NCBI GenBank assembly: GCA_033854175.1
Contig: JAWOKN010000056.1
Coordinates: forward strand, 3,736-67,735
Source: Bacteroidota bacterium
GTDB taxonomy: Bacteria > Bacteroidota > Ignavibacteria > UBA10030 > SZUA-254
Direction: 5' to 3'
Length of the DNA: 64,000 nt
Shown here: one piece after another, positions 36,253-45,271 of the stretch
How positions within the stretch are numbered: the first letter of the stretch is position 1
How the letters are laid out: each line of letters starts with the position of its first letter
Translations under genes and position numbers: made by a program
The notes under the pieces: model-generated
The model's input: only the letters and a program-made list of their open reading frames with translations
Databases searched by the model: none
Told to the model about the DNA's origin: nothing

Positions 36253-36278
36253 CGGAGAGAAGCCAAATCTCCGTTTTT
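36253..36278 (+). terminator. Rho-independent terminator of the four-gene operon
   Basis: CGGAGA-gaagccaaa-TCTCCG followed by T5. Confidence 0.6.
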
Positions 36279-36301
36279 CAGTATCATCTCAACCCCCTTT
36301 A

Positions 36302-36317
36302 TGGCACGAGAATTGAC
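36302..36317 (+). promoter_or_regulatory. Sigma54-like element (TGGCACG-N4-TTGAC) just upstream of the sensor kinase gene
   Basis: The -24 half (TGGCACG) is perfect, and this is the only promoter-like element in the 54 nt between the terminator and ATG 36333. The -12 is TTGA, and the predicted TSS (~36328) leaves only a ~5-nt leader, so it is doubtful. Confidence 0.3.
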
Positions 36318-36332
36318 GATAACGGAAATGGT

Positions 36333-37982
36333 ATGAAGGCATTCCGTTCGCTCAGTGTGAGGGTATTTGCGGGGTCATTTCTCCTCCTTGTGACCCTCCT
36401 GGGGCTCTATTCCTATTTTGCGATAAAGTTTCACACCGAACAGATGATGGAGATCGTCCTGGGAAACGCAAGCCGCATCAGCGACATCATCAAGAACTCG
36501 ACCCACTACAGCATGCTCCTCAACAGGAAGGAGGACGTCTACCAGACGATCCTCACCATCGGCAAGGAAAAGGGGGTTGAAGGGATACGGATTTACAACA
36601 AGCGGGGAGAAATCATGGCCTCCTCCCGCACCGAAGAAAAACTGCAGATTGTCGACATGCATGCTGAAGCCTGTTACGTCTGCCATGAGAAGGGAAAACC
36701 CCTGGAATCGCTCGCATCGGACAACAGGATGCGGATCTACACCTCCCCGAAGGGGTACAGGGTACTGGGTTTGATCAACCCCATCCACAACGAGCCAAGC
36801 TGTTCGAATGCCGATTGCCATGCTCATCCGCCTGATAAAACCATACTCGGTGTACTCGACGTTCGGATGTCGCTGGAAAACGTCGACACGGCAATCGCCG
36901 AAGCGCACGCCAAGATGATCAGCTGGGCGGTCGGGGGAGTTCTCCTTGCATCGCTCCTCATCTCGGTCCTCCTCTACAGAACCGTGCATCGGCCCGTCAA
37001 GCGGCTCACGCTGGGGACGCATGAAGTCTCCTCCGGCAACCTCGATCTCCGGATACCCATACACTCGAAGGACGAACTGGGGCAGCTTGCCGAATCGTTC
37101 AATTCGATGACGACCTCATTGCGCAACCTCATTGAAGAGAAAAACACCTGGTCGCGCGAGCTGGAGGAGCGGGTCCGTGAAAAAACCGCCGAGTTGAAGC
37201 ACATTCACGAGCAGATCCTGCAGATTGAAAAGATGACATCGCTCGGGAAGCTCGCGGCGACCGTTGCGCACGAACTGAACAACCCCCTGGAAGGGATCCT
37301 GACCTACGCGAAGCTCCTGGCGAAGCAGCTCAGGAAAGCCGAATTCTCTGCGGACCGGTCAAAGGAATTTCTCGAGGAACTCAATCTCATCATCCAGGAA
37401 ACGGACCGGTGCGGAACGATCGTGAAGAACCTCCTCCTCTTTTCCCGGAAGCAGGTCGGCGAATTCGCGCTTGCGCCTGCGCGGCAGATCGTGGAGAAGG
37501 CCCAGCGTCTCGTGGATCACCACTTCCACATCTCCAACGTGAAATTCGAGGCCACGTACGCGCCTGAGGACGTGTCGCTCATGTGCGACGAAATGCAGAT
37601 CCAGCAGGCCTTGATTGCGCTCTTTGTCAACGCGGTTGAAGCCATGCCGGGGGGCGGCACACTGCGCGTCGATGTCTCGCAGCGTTCGAAGGATGACAAC
37701 ATCATCCTCCGCATTTCGGACACCGGTACGGGGATAGCGGAGGAGGATCTCCACAACATCTTCGAACCATTTTTCACAACAAAAAAGGAGGGTCAGGGTG
37801 TCGGCCTCGGCCTCTCGGTTGTCTACGGCATCGTCGTCCGTCACGGCGGCACGATCAGTGTGGAGTCGAGTCTCAACAAGGGAACGGCATTCACGCTGAC
37901 CTTCCCGGCGCTTGAGCGGAGCACCAAGGGAATCCCGGAGCCGGAGGCGAAAAAATCACCCATTGATCCACACTATGCATAA
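36333..37982 (+). CDS. Sensor histidine kinase with periplasmic domain carrying two heme-c-type motifs
   Basis: Two TM helices flank a ~165-aa periplasmic domain with CYVCH (aa 114-118) and CSNADCH (aa 157-163). It also has a HAMP domain, an H-box (VAHELNNPLEG) and an HATPase domain (NAVEAM, DTGTGI, GVGLGLS). Confidence 0.9.
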   Translation: MKAFRSLSVRVFAGSFLLLVTLLGLYSYFAIKFHTEQMMEIVLGNASRISDIIKNSTHYSMLLNRKEDVYQTILTIGKEKGVEGIRIYNKRGEIMASSRTEEKLQIVDMHAEACYVCHEKGKPLESLASDNRMRIYTSPKGYRVLGLINPIHNEPSCSNADCHAHPPDKTILGVLDVRMSLENVDTAIAEAHAKMISWAVGGVLLASLLISVLLYRTVHRPVKRLTLGTHEVSSGNLDLRIPIHSKDELGQLAESFNSMTTSLRNLIEEKNTWSRELEERVREKTAELKHIHEQILQIEKMTSLGKLAATVAHELNNPLEGILTYAKLLAKQLRKAEFSADRSKEFLEELNLIIQETDRCGTIVKNLLLFSRKQVGEFALAPARQIVEKAQRLVDHHFHISNVKFEATYAPEDVSLMCDEMQIQQALIALFVNAVEAMPGGGTLRVDVSQRSKDDNIILRISDTGTGIAEEDLHNIFEPFFTTKKEGQGVGLGLSVVYGIVVRHGGTISVESSLNKGTAFTLTFPALERSTKGIPEPEAKKSPIDPHYA

Positions 37983-37997
37983 CCTCACAGAAAACGT

Positions 37998-39344
37998 ATG
38001 AACAACGATATATCCATACTCATTGTCGACGATGAAAAGGTCGTCCGCGAATCCCTCTCGAAGTGGTTCAAGGAAGACGACTTCATCGTGGGCGCATCAG
38101 AAAACGCGGCTGAAGCCCTGAAACAGCTCCAGGTGCGGAAATGGGACATCATTCTCCTCGACATCAAAATGCCGGGGATGGACGGGATGGAGTTACAGCA
38201 GCGAATCCGGGAGATCGACCCCGGAGCGACGATCATCTTCATCACGGCGCACGCCTCGGTCGACACGGCGGTCCAGGCCCTGAAGGCGGGGGCGTTCGAT
38301 TACATCGCGAAGCCGATCGACCCCGACTACCTGTCGCATCTGATCCAGAACGCCATCAAGCAGCGGATCCTGACGGGAGAAAACATCCGTCTGAAGGAGC
38401 AGATCACCGAATTCGCGAAAGTCGATGAGATCATCGGCGACTCCCCGCAGATGAAGAAGGTCTTCGAACTGATCGAAACGGTGGCAAAGACCGACACGAC
38501 GGTCATGATCCGGGGCGAAAGCGGAACGGGGAAGGAGCTCATCGCGCGGGCGATTCACGGCAACAGCGAACGGCGGTATTTTCCCATCGTCGCCATCAAC
38601 TGCGGGGCATTGCCGGAGGGAATACTGGAAAGCGAACTCTTCGGTCATGAGCGGGGTGCGTTTACCGGGGCGCAGTACAGGAGAAAGGGAAAAATCGAGC
38701 TGGCCGACGGCGGCACATTATTTCTTGACGAGGTCGGCAACATCGGGATGAAGACCCAGATGGACCTCCTCCGTGTAATCGAGACAAAGCAATTTTCGCG
38801 TGTCGGGGGAAACGAGCTGATCAAGGTGGACTTCAGGACCATCTGCGCGACAAACAGGGATCTCGAGAAGGCCGTTCAGGAGGGCACCTTCCGTGAAGAC
38901 CTCTATTACCGTCTCAACGTCTTCTCCGTCCTCGTCCCCCCCTTGCGCGAGCGGAAGTCGGACATCCCCCTGCTGGCAAATTACTTTTTGAAAAAATACT
39001 CGCGATCGATGGGGAAGCCGATCGTGACCATCTCCTCGGACGCGATGGATCTGATGGTCAAATACAACTGGCCCGGGAACATCCGCGAGCTGGAAAACGC
39101 GATAGAGCGGGCGATGGTGGTCGGAAAGCCCCCCTGCATCAAGGCGGTGGATCTGCCGATACAGTTCTCCGATCTCATTGCGGCACCTTCGCTCGGATCT
39201 CTGGCATCGATGGAAAAAAGCCACATCGCCGAGATCCTCCGGATGAACAACTGGAACATCTCCCGGTCCGCGGAAGTCCTGCAGATCGACCGGGTCACTC
39301 TCTACAACAAGATCGAAAAATATGGCCTGAAAAAGCCGCAGTGA
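37998..39344 (+). CDS. Sigma54-dependent response regulator (NtrC/AtoC family enhancer-binding protein)
   Basis: Receiver domain (ILIVDDE...ILLDIKMPGMDG), AAA+ domain (GESGTGKE, ERGAFTGA, GTLFLDEV) and a C-terminal Fis-type HTH (RSAEVLQIDRVTLYNKIEKYGL). Confidence 0.95.
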   Translation: MNNDISILIVDDEKVVRESLSKWFKEDDFIVGASENAAEALKQLQVRKWDIILLDIKMPGMDGMELQQRIREIDPGATIIFITAHASVDTAVQALKAGAFDYIAKPIDPDYLSHLIQNAIKQRILTGENIRLKEQITEFAKVDEIIGDSPQMKKVFELIETVAKTDTTVMIRGESGTGKELIARAIHGNSERRYFPIVAINCGALPEGILESELFGHERGAFTGAQYRRKGKIELADGGTLFLDEVGNIGMKTQMDLLRVIETKQFSRVGGNELIKVDFRTICATNRDLEKAVQEGTFREDLYYRLNVFSVLVPPLRERKSDIPLLANYFLKKYSRSMGKPIVTISSDAMDLMVKYNWPGNIRELENAIERAMVVGKPPCIKAVDLPIQFSDLIAAPSLGSLASMEKSHIAEILRMNNWNISRSAEVLQIDRVTLYNKIEKYGLKKPQ

Positions 39345-39880
39345 CGACAGCCATCCACATCATGACGACGGCGTCGCACCCGGTAACCGATCTCGGACAC
39401 ATTTCACACACCATACAGAGGATATTCAGCCTACCGGTCGACGTGGTCAAGGGGAGTTTAAACCCGGAGCGTGCGTTCGACAGCTCCCGCCGTCAGTACA
39501 ATTCCACAGCACTCATTGCGCACATCCTCTCCTCCAACGGGGGTGACGGGAGGAAAATCCTCGGGCTTGTGGATGTCGATCTCTTCATCCCGATCCTCAC
39601 CTTTGTCTTCGGCGAGGCACAATTCACCGGCTGTGTTGCTGTCGTCTCCTCCTTCCGTCTTGCGAACCAGTTCTACGGGCTTGAACACGATCCGATCTTA
39701 CTCCGTGACCGGGTCGAAAAGGAAATCGTGCATGAGCTCGGCCACACATTCGGTCTCCACCACTGCAGGCATTTTGACTGTGTCATGCGCTCCTCGACCT
39801 ATGTGGAGGAGATCGACTTAAAAAAGGTGGAGATGTGCGGCACATGTTCGGAAAAACTCCAGCTCATCACCGCGCACTAG
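39341..39880 (+). CDS. amzA: Archaemetzincin-family zinc metalloprotease
   Basis: RRQYNSTALIAHIL, DLFIPILTFVFGEAQ and the signature VHELGHTFGLHHCRHFDCVMRSS...CGTC (HExxHxxGxxHC-x4-CxM...CxxC). A GTGA start/stop overlap links it to the response regulator gene; ATG 39362 is an alternative start. Confidence 0.85.
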   Translation: MTTAIHIMTTASHPVTDLGHISHTIQRIFSLPVDVVKGSLNPERAFDSSRRQYNSTALIAHILSSNGGDGRKILGLVDVDLFIPILTFVFGEAQFTGCVAVVSSFRLANQFYGLEHDPILLRDRVEKEIVHELGHTFGLHHCRHFDCVMRSSTYVEEIDLKKVEMCGTCSEKLQLITAH

Positions 39881-39929
39881 ACGATGCGCGAGCGAGCGCG
39901 CGCGGGTGCGGAAAAACAGAGATTTCACC

Positions 39930-39965
39930 CCTGCAAAAATCACATTGCAGGCTTTCATTTTTGAT
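39930..39965 (+). terminator. Rho-independent terminator after amzA
   Basis: CCTGCAA-aaatcaca-TTGCAGG followed by CTTTCATTTTTG. Confidence 0.65.
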
Positions 39966-40027
39966 AAAAACGCATCCGTTTTTTGAGGTTTCAGAGTTGA
40001 TTCGGCACATTTTGGCTTATGCCTCAA

Positions 40028-40043
40028 TGGAATGATTCTTGCA
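40028..40043 (+). promoter_or_regulatory. Sigma54-like promoter (TGGAAT-N5-TTGCA) upstream of PFOR
   Basis: TGGAAT-GATTC-TTGCA has correct GG-N10-GC spacing. The predicted TSS (~40054) lies 44 nt upstream of ATG 40098, with GAAAGGA in the leader. Confidence 0.45.
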
Positions 40044-40097
40044 TTTTACTTTGCGGTTTACTTCAATCTTTTACTTTCTCGAAAGGACATTTGAGCC

Positions 40098-43000
40098 ATG
40101 CCAGATGTAGCGGCAGGAAGAACATTACGGCAGAAGGTCACGCTTGACGGCAACGAAGCGGCTGCCTTCTCCGCGCACAAATTAAACGAAGTCATAGCAA
40201 TCTACCCCATCACCCCCTCCTCCAACATGGGGGAATGGTCGGACGAATGGTCGTCGCTCGGGAGAAAAAACCTCTGGGGGACGGTACCTCTTGTCGTCGA
40301 AATGCAGAGTGAAGGGGGAGCTTCGGGGGCGGTCCACGGGGCGCTGCAGGCCGGCGCGCTCTCGACCACGTTCACATCGTCACAGGGACTCCTCCTGATG
40401 ATCCCGAACATGTTCAAGATCGCGGGCGAACTGACCTCGACCGTCTTCCACATCGCGGCGCGCACGGTAGCGACCCACGCCCTCTCCATATTCGGCGATC
40501 ACAGCGACGTCATGGCGGTCCGGTCGGCGGGCTGGGCGATGCTGGCTTCGAACTCGATACAGGAGATCATGGACTTTGCCCTGATTGCGACGGCGGCGAC
40601 GCTTGAATCGCGTGTTCCGTTTGTCCATTTCTTTGACGGATTCCGGTCATCGCACGAGGTGATGAAAATCGAACAGCTTTGCGAGGACGACTTCCGGGCG
40701 ATGATGGATGACAAGCTCATCTTCCAGCACCGGGCGCGGGGGCTCTCGCCGGAGCATCCCGTCATGCGCGGATCGGCGCAGAACCCCGACGTCTTCTTCC
40801 AGGCCCGGGAAACCGTGAACCCCTACTATCTCGCATGTCCCGCGATCGTCCAGAAAACGATGGACAAATTCGCGCGTGTTGTCGGCCGGAAATACGAGCT
40901 CTTCCAGTACGTCGGTGCGGCCGATGCTGAGCGGATCATCATCATGATGGGATCCGGTGCGGAAACCGCCGAGGAGACGGTGGAGTATTTGAACCGGAAA
41001 GGCGGCAAGGTGGGATTACTCAAGGTCCGGCTCTTCCGGCCCTTCTCCATCGAGCATTTTTTGAAGGCGCTCCCCTCCTCGACCAAGTCGATTGCGGTAC
41101 TCGACCGGACGAAGGAGCCGGGAAGCACAGGGGAACCGCTCTACCAGGACGTTACCACAGCATTAAGCGAAGCCTTTGCCGGCGGCACGTCGCCCCTCAC
41201 GTCGTTCCCGAAAATCATCGGCGGCCGATACGGCCTCTCGTCGAAAGAATTCACACCGGCGATGGTGAAAGCGGTCTACGACGAACTTCAGAAGCCGGCC
41301 CCCAAAAACCACTTCACCGTCGGGATCAAGGATGACGTCACCCACACGAGTCTGTCGTACGACGCGAGTTTCACGACCGAAGCGGACGATGTGATCCGGG
41401 CCATCTTCTACGGTCTCGGAGCGGACGGGACCGTGAGTGCGAACAAAAATTCAATCAAGATCATCGGCGAGGACACCGACAATTTTGCGCAGGGGTATTT
41501 CGTCTACGACTCCAAGAAATCCGGATCGACGACCGTCTCCCATCTGCGTTTCGGACCCCGTCCGATCCACTCGACCTATCTGATCTCGCAGGCAAATTTC
41601 GTCGCATGTCATCAGTGGTTCTTCCTCGAAAAATACGACGTTTTGCAGCCCGTCATCCAGGGCGGAACGTTCCTTCTGAACAGCTCGTTCGGGCCCCAGG
41701 AAGTCTGGGACAACCTGCCGGTCAACATCCAGAAGCACATCATCGAGAAGAAGCTCAAATTCTACGTCATCGACGCCTACAACGTGGCGAAAGAAACAGG
41801 GATGGGCGGAAGGATCAACACCATCATGCAGACATGTTTCTTCGCCATATCCGGTGTACTCCCCCGGGAGGACGCCATCAAGGCGATCAAGCACTCCGTC
41901 GAAAAGACCTACGGCAAGAAGGGGGAGGATGTTGTCAGGCAGAACTTCATGGCCATCGACAAGACGCTGGCCAACCTCTTCGAGGTCAAGGTACCCTCGA
42001 AGGTCACGAGCACGATAACGATGCCCGACACCGTATCACCGAAGGCGCCCAAATACATCCGGGAAGTCACGGCGGAAATCATCGCGGGTTTCGGTGACAG
42101 GCTCCCGGTGAGTTCGATGCCCGTCGACGGGACATTCCCGGTCGGATCGGCGCAGTGGGAAAAGCGAAACATTGCTTTGGAGATTCCGGTATGGGAACCC
42201 GAAATCTGCATACAGTGCAACAAGTGCATCCTGGTCTGTCCGCACGCAACCATACGGACCAAGGTCTTCGATCCGAAACTCCTTGGGGGCGCGCCCGCGA
42301 CATTCAAGTCGATCGACTTCAAGGGGATGGAATACAAGGGTATGAAATACTCCATCCAGGTCGCCCCGGAAGACTGTACGGGGTGCGGGCTCTGTGTGGA
42401 CATCTGTCCTGCGAAGAGCAAGACCATGACCAAGGTCAAGGCCATCAACATGAAACCGCAGCCACCGATACGCGAGGCCGAGCGTGACAACTACGACTAC
42501 TTCCTGTCGCTTCCGGAAGTCGACCGGCGGACCGTCAAGGTTGACAACATCAAAGGATCGCAGTTCCTGCAGCCGCTCTTTGAATACTCCGGGGCATGTT
42601 CGGGCTGTGGCGAGACACCCTACGTAAAACTCGTCAGCCAGCTTTTCGGCGACAGGTGTGTTGTAGCAAATGCGACCGGTTGTTCCTCCATCTACGGCGG
42701 CAACCTCCCGACCACACCATGGACGGCGAACAAGGACGGAAGGGGGCCGGCATGGTCGAATTCACTCTTTGAAGACAATGCGGAATTCGGGCTCGGCATG
42801 CGGCTGACCATTGACAAGCACACCGAGATGGCGCGGGAGCTCGTGAAAAAGCTCTCAACATCGATCGGTGAAAACCTTGCCACGGCGATCCTCAATGCCA
42901 ATCAATCCGACGAAGCCGGCATCCACGAGCAGCGCGAGCGGGTACAGTTCCTGAAGGACAAGCTGCGCGAGCTTGCCACCCCTGATGGCAACAATCTCCT

Positions 43001-43733
43001 CACCATCGCCGACAATCTTGTCAAGCGGAGCGTCTGGATCATGGGTGGGGACGGCTGGGCATATGACATCGGGTACGGCGGGTTGGATCACGTGCTTGCC
43101 TCGGGGCGGAACGTCAACATCCTCGTCCTCGACACGGAAGTCTACTCGAACACAGGCGGTCAGATGTCGAAGGCCACATTCCGGTCGGCGATTGCGAAAT
43201 TCGCGGCCGCAGGAAAACCGACGGCAAAGAAAGACCTGGCGATGCTCGCCATGACCTATGGAAACGTCTACGTGGCGAAGGTCGCGATGGGGAGCAACGA
43301 TCTGCAGACCGTCCGGGCATTTCTGGAAGCGGAAGCCTATGACGGACCCTCGATCATCATCGCCTACAGCCACTGCATCGCGCACGGGATCAACATGACA
43401 CGGGGAATGCAGAACCAGAAGCTTGCGGTTGAGAGCGGTTACTGGCCGATCTTCCGGTACAATCCGATGCTGGAGCGGGAAGGAAAGAACCCGTTCAAGC
43501 TCGACTCCAAGGCACCCCGGATACCACTGCAGGAATTCACGCAGCTGGAGACCCGGTTCAAGATGCTCGAGAAGAGCTATCCCGAACGCGCAAAGCAACT
43601 GAGCGCGCTTGCCCAGAAAGACGTCTATCTCCGCTGGAAAGTCTACGAGCATCTGGCAAAAGAAGACGGCGATGGTGCGGCGCCGGAGGGGCAGCAGACA
43701 AAGAAACCCACAACCATGGGAGAGACGGTCTAG
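40098..43733 (+). CDS. nifJ: Pyruvate:ferredoxin (flavodoxin) oxidoreductase, single-polypeptide type
   Basis: 1211 aa. Motifs: [25 protein letters not shown], the ferredoxin domain [12 protein letters not shown] / [12 protein letters not shown], and the TPP domain [17 protein letters not shown]. Confidence 0.97.
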   Translation: MPDVAAGRTLRQKVTLDGNEAAAFSAHKLNEVIAIYPITPSSNMGEWSDEWSSLGRKNLWGTVPLVVEMQSEGGASGAVHGALQAGALSTTFTSSQGLLLMIPNMFKIAGELTSTVFHIAARTVATHALSIFGDHSDVMAVRSAGWAMLASNSIQEIMDFALIATAATLESRVPFVHFFDGFRSSHEVMKIEQLCEDDFRAMMDDKLIFQHRARGLSPEHPVMRGSAQNPDVFFQARETVNPYYLACPAIVQKTMDKFARVVGRKYELFQYVGAADAERIIIMMGSGAETAEETVEYLNRKGGKVGLLKVRLFRPFSIEHFLKALPSSTKSIAVLDRTKEPGSTGEPLYQDVTTALSEAFAGGTSPLTSFPKIIGGRYGLSSKEFTPAMVKAVYDELQKPAPKNHFTVGIKDDVTHTSLSYDASFTTEADDVIRAIFYGLGADGTVSANKNSIKIIGEDTDNFAQGYFVYDSKKSGSTTVSHLRFGPRPIHSTYLISQANFVACHQWFFLEKYDVLQPVIQGGTFLLNSSFGPQEVWDNLPVNIQKHIIEKKLKFYVIDAYNVAKETGMGGRINTIMQTCFFAISGVLPREDAIKAIKHSVEKTYGKKGEDVVRQNFMAIDKTLANLFEVKVPSKVTSTITMPDTVSPKAPKYIREVTAEIIAGFGDRLPVSSMPVDGTFPVGSAQWEKRNIALEIPVWEPEICIQCNKCILVCPHATIRTKVFDPKLLGGAPATFKSIDFKGMEYKGMKYSIQVAPEDCTGCGLCVDICPAKSKTMTKVKAINMKPQPPIREAERDNYDYFLSLPEVDRRTVKVDNIKGSQFLQPLFEYSGACSGCGETPYVKLVSQLFGDRCVVANATGCSSIYGGNLPTTPWTANKDGRGPAWSNSLFEDNAEFGLGMRLTIDKHTEMARELVKKLSTSIGENLATAILNANQSDEAGIHEQRERVQFLKDKLRELATPDGNNLLTIADNLVKRSVWIMGGDGWAYDIGYGGLDHVLASGRNVNILVLDTEVYSNTGGQMSKATFRSAIAKFAAAGKPTAKKDLAMLAMTYGNVYVAKVAMGSNDLQTVRAFLEAEAYDGPSIIIAYSHCIAHGINMTRGMQNQKLAVESGYWPIFRYNPMLEREGKNPFKLDSKAPRIPLQEFTQLETRFKMLEKSYPERAKQLSALAQKDVYLRWKVYEHLAKEDGDGAAPEGQQTKKPTTMGETV

Positions 43734-43768
43734 GCCGTCGTACCCCGACTGATCTCAAGGACAGACAC

Positions 43769-44758
43769 ATGGATCTCTCAACCACATACCTCGGACTCAA
43801 ACTCAAAAACCCGATCGTCCCGTCGGCCGGGCCGCTGTCGCGCTCGCTCGACAGCATGAGAAGGCTGGAGGAAGCGGGAGCCTCTGCGATTGTCATTCAC
43901 TCCCTCTTCGAGGAGCAGATCGCGCACGAGACGGCGGAATTGTACCACTACCTCTCGTACGGAACGGAAAGCTTTGCGGAAGCGCTGACCTATTTCCCCG
44001 AGCTGCAGCAATACGACCGGGGGCCGGAAGAATACGTCGAGTTCATCCACACGGCAAAGAACTCGCTGACGATTCCGGTGATCGGCAGTCTCAACGGGAT
44101 CTCGGTGGGCGGTTGGATCAAGTATGCGAGAAAGATCCAGGAGGCGGGAGCAGATGCGATCGAGCTGAACATCTATTACATCCCGACCGATCCCGAGCTG
44201 CGGGGGATCGATGTGGAGGACCGGTATCTCGAGGTCCTCTACGCGGTAAAGGAAACCGTGACAATCCCGGTGGCGGTCAAGCTCAGCCCGTTTTTCAGTT
44301 CGCTCGCGCATTTCGCGAAGCGGCTCGACCATGCGGGGGCGAACGGGCTCGTCCTCTTCAACCGGTTCTACCAGCCCGACATCGACCTCGAATCACTTGA
44401 AGTAACGCCCAACGTCATCCTCAGCACCCCCCATGCACTGCGGCTTCCCATGCGGTGGATAGCGATACTCTCGGGGAACATCAAGGCGAGTCTTGCCGCG
44501 ACGAGCGGGATCCACACGGCGGAGGACGTCCTCAAGATGCTCCTTGTCGGGGCCGATGTGACCATGATGTGTTCGGCCCTCTTAAAAAACGGGCCGTCGT
44601 ACCTGGCCGATGTCCTCCAGAGCGTGGAACGGTGGATGATCGAGCGGGAATACCTCTCCCTGCAGCAGATGAAGGGAAGCATGAACCAGCGGTCCATTGC
44701 AGATCCCTCGGCCTTTGAACGCGCCAATTACATGAAAGCACTCCACAGTTACAAATAA
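43769..44758 (+). CDS. Dihydroorotate dehydrogenase-like (class 1 PyrD-fold, FMN TIM-barrel) protein
   Basis: [24 protein letters not shown]..., [22 protein letters not shown]. Confidence 0.8.
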   Translation: MDLSTTYLGLKLKNPIVPSAGPLSRSLDSMRRLEEAGASAIVIHSLFEEQIAHETAELYHYLSYGTESFAEALTYFPELQQYDRGPEEYVEFIHTAKNSLTIPVIGSLNGISVGGWIKYARKIQEAGADAIELNIYYIPTDPELRGIDVEDRYLEVLYAVKETVTIPVAVKLSPFFSSLAHFAKRLDHAGANGLVLFNRFYQPDIDLESLEVTPNVILSTPHALRLPMRWIAILSGNIKASLAATSGIHTAEDVLKMLLVGADVTMMCSALLKNGPSYLADVLQSVERWMIEREYLSLQQMKGSMNQRSIADPSAFERANYMKALHSYK

Positions 44759-44772
44759 CCAATGGAAAATCT

Positions 44773-45228
44773 ATGAGCATATTTTTTAGCCGTCAATGCG
44801 AGTACGCCCTTCAGGCGGTCATGTACATCGCCCTCAAACCGGAGAACGAGATGAGTTCGATCCGCGAGCTGTCGCGGACGCTCGGCATCCCGTATCATTT
44901 CCTTGCAAAAATCCTCCAGGACCTCACGCGGAAAGGATTGCTGACATCCCTGAAAGGTTCCACCGGCGGGTACATGCTTGCGATGCCGAAGGAAACCATC
45001 ACACCGTTCCACATCGTCGATGCCATTGACGGATCAAGTTTTCTGAACAATTGTCTCCTCGGTTTTTCATCCTGCTCAAGCGAAAAACCGTGCGCGTTGC
45101 ATTCCCAATGGGAGGGTATGCGGGAGAAACTCAATACCATGCTGAAATCGACCAACATCTATGAGGCGGCGCTCAGCATGAAGAAACCGCAATATCTCCA
45201 TAATCAACCCGGGCCAAGCACCACCTGA
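44773..45228 (+). CDS. Rrf2-family transcriptional regulator with three-Cys putative Fe-S ligand set
   Basis: Its wHTH region is FSRQCEYALQAVMYIALKPENEMSSIRELSRTLGIPYHFLAKILQDLTRKGLLTSLKGSTGGY. The Cys spacing is NNCLLGFSSCSSEKPCALH (C-x6-C-x5-C), like IscR/NsrR-type cluster ligands. Confidence 0.9.
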   Translation: MSIFFSRQCEYALQAVMYIALKPENEMSSIRELSRTLGIPYHFLAKILQDLTRKGLLTSLKGSTGGYMLAMPKETITPFHIVDAIDGSSFLNNCLLGFSSCSSEKPCALHSQWEGMREKLNTMLKSTNIYEAALSMKKPQYLHNQPGPSTT

Positions 45229-45231
45229 TGA

Positions 45232-45255
45232 ATATCGGATAAATCTATCCGATAT
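45232..45255. promoter_or_regulatory. Perfect 10-4-10 palindromic operator
   Basis: ATATCGGATA-AATC-TATCCGATAT starts 4 nt after the rrf2 stop and directly abuts the -24 element at 45256. A second, slightly imperfect copy lies at 7704-7727. Confidence 0.6.
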
Positions 45256-45271
45256 TGGCACAGATGTTGCA
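45256..45271 (+). promoter_or_regulatory. Consensus sigma54 promoter (TGGCAC-N5-TTGCA)
   Basis: TGGCAC-AGATG-TTGCA matches the -24/-12 consensus fully. It is oriented toward the NapH-like gene, with a predicted TSS ~45282. Confidence 0.7.
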
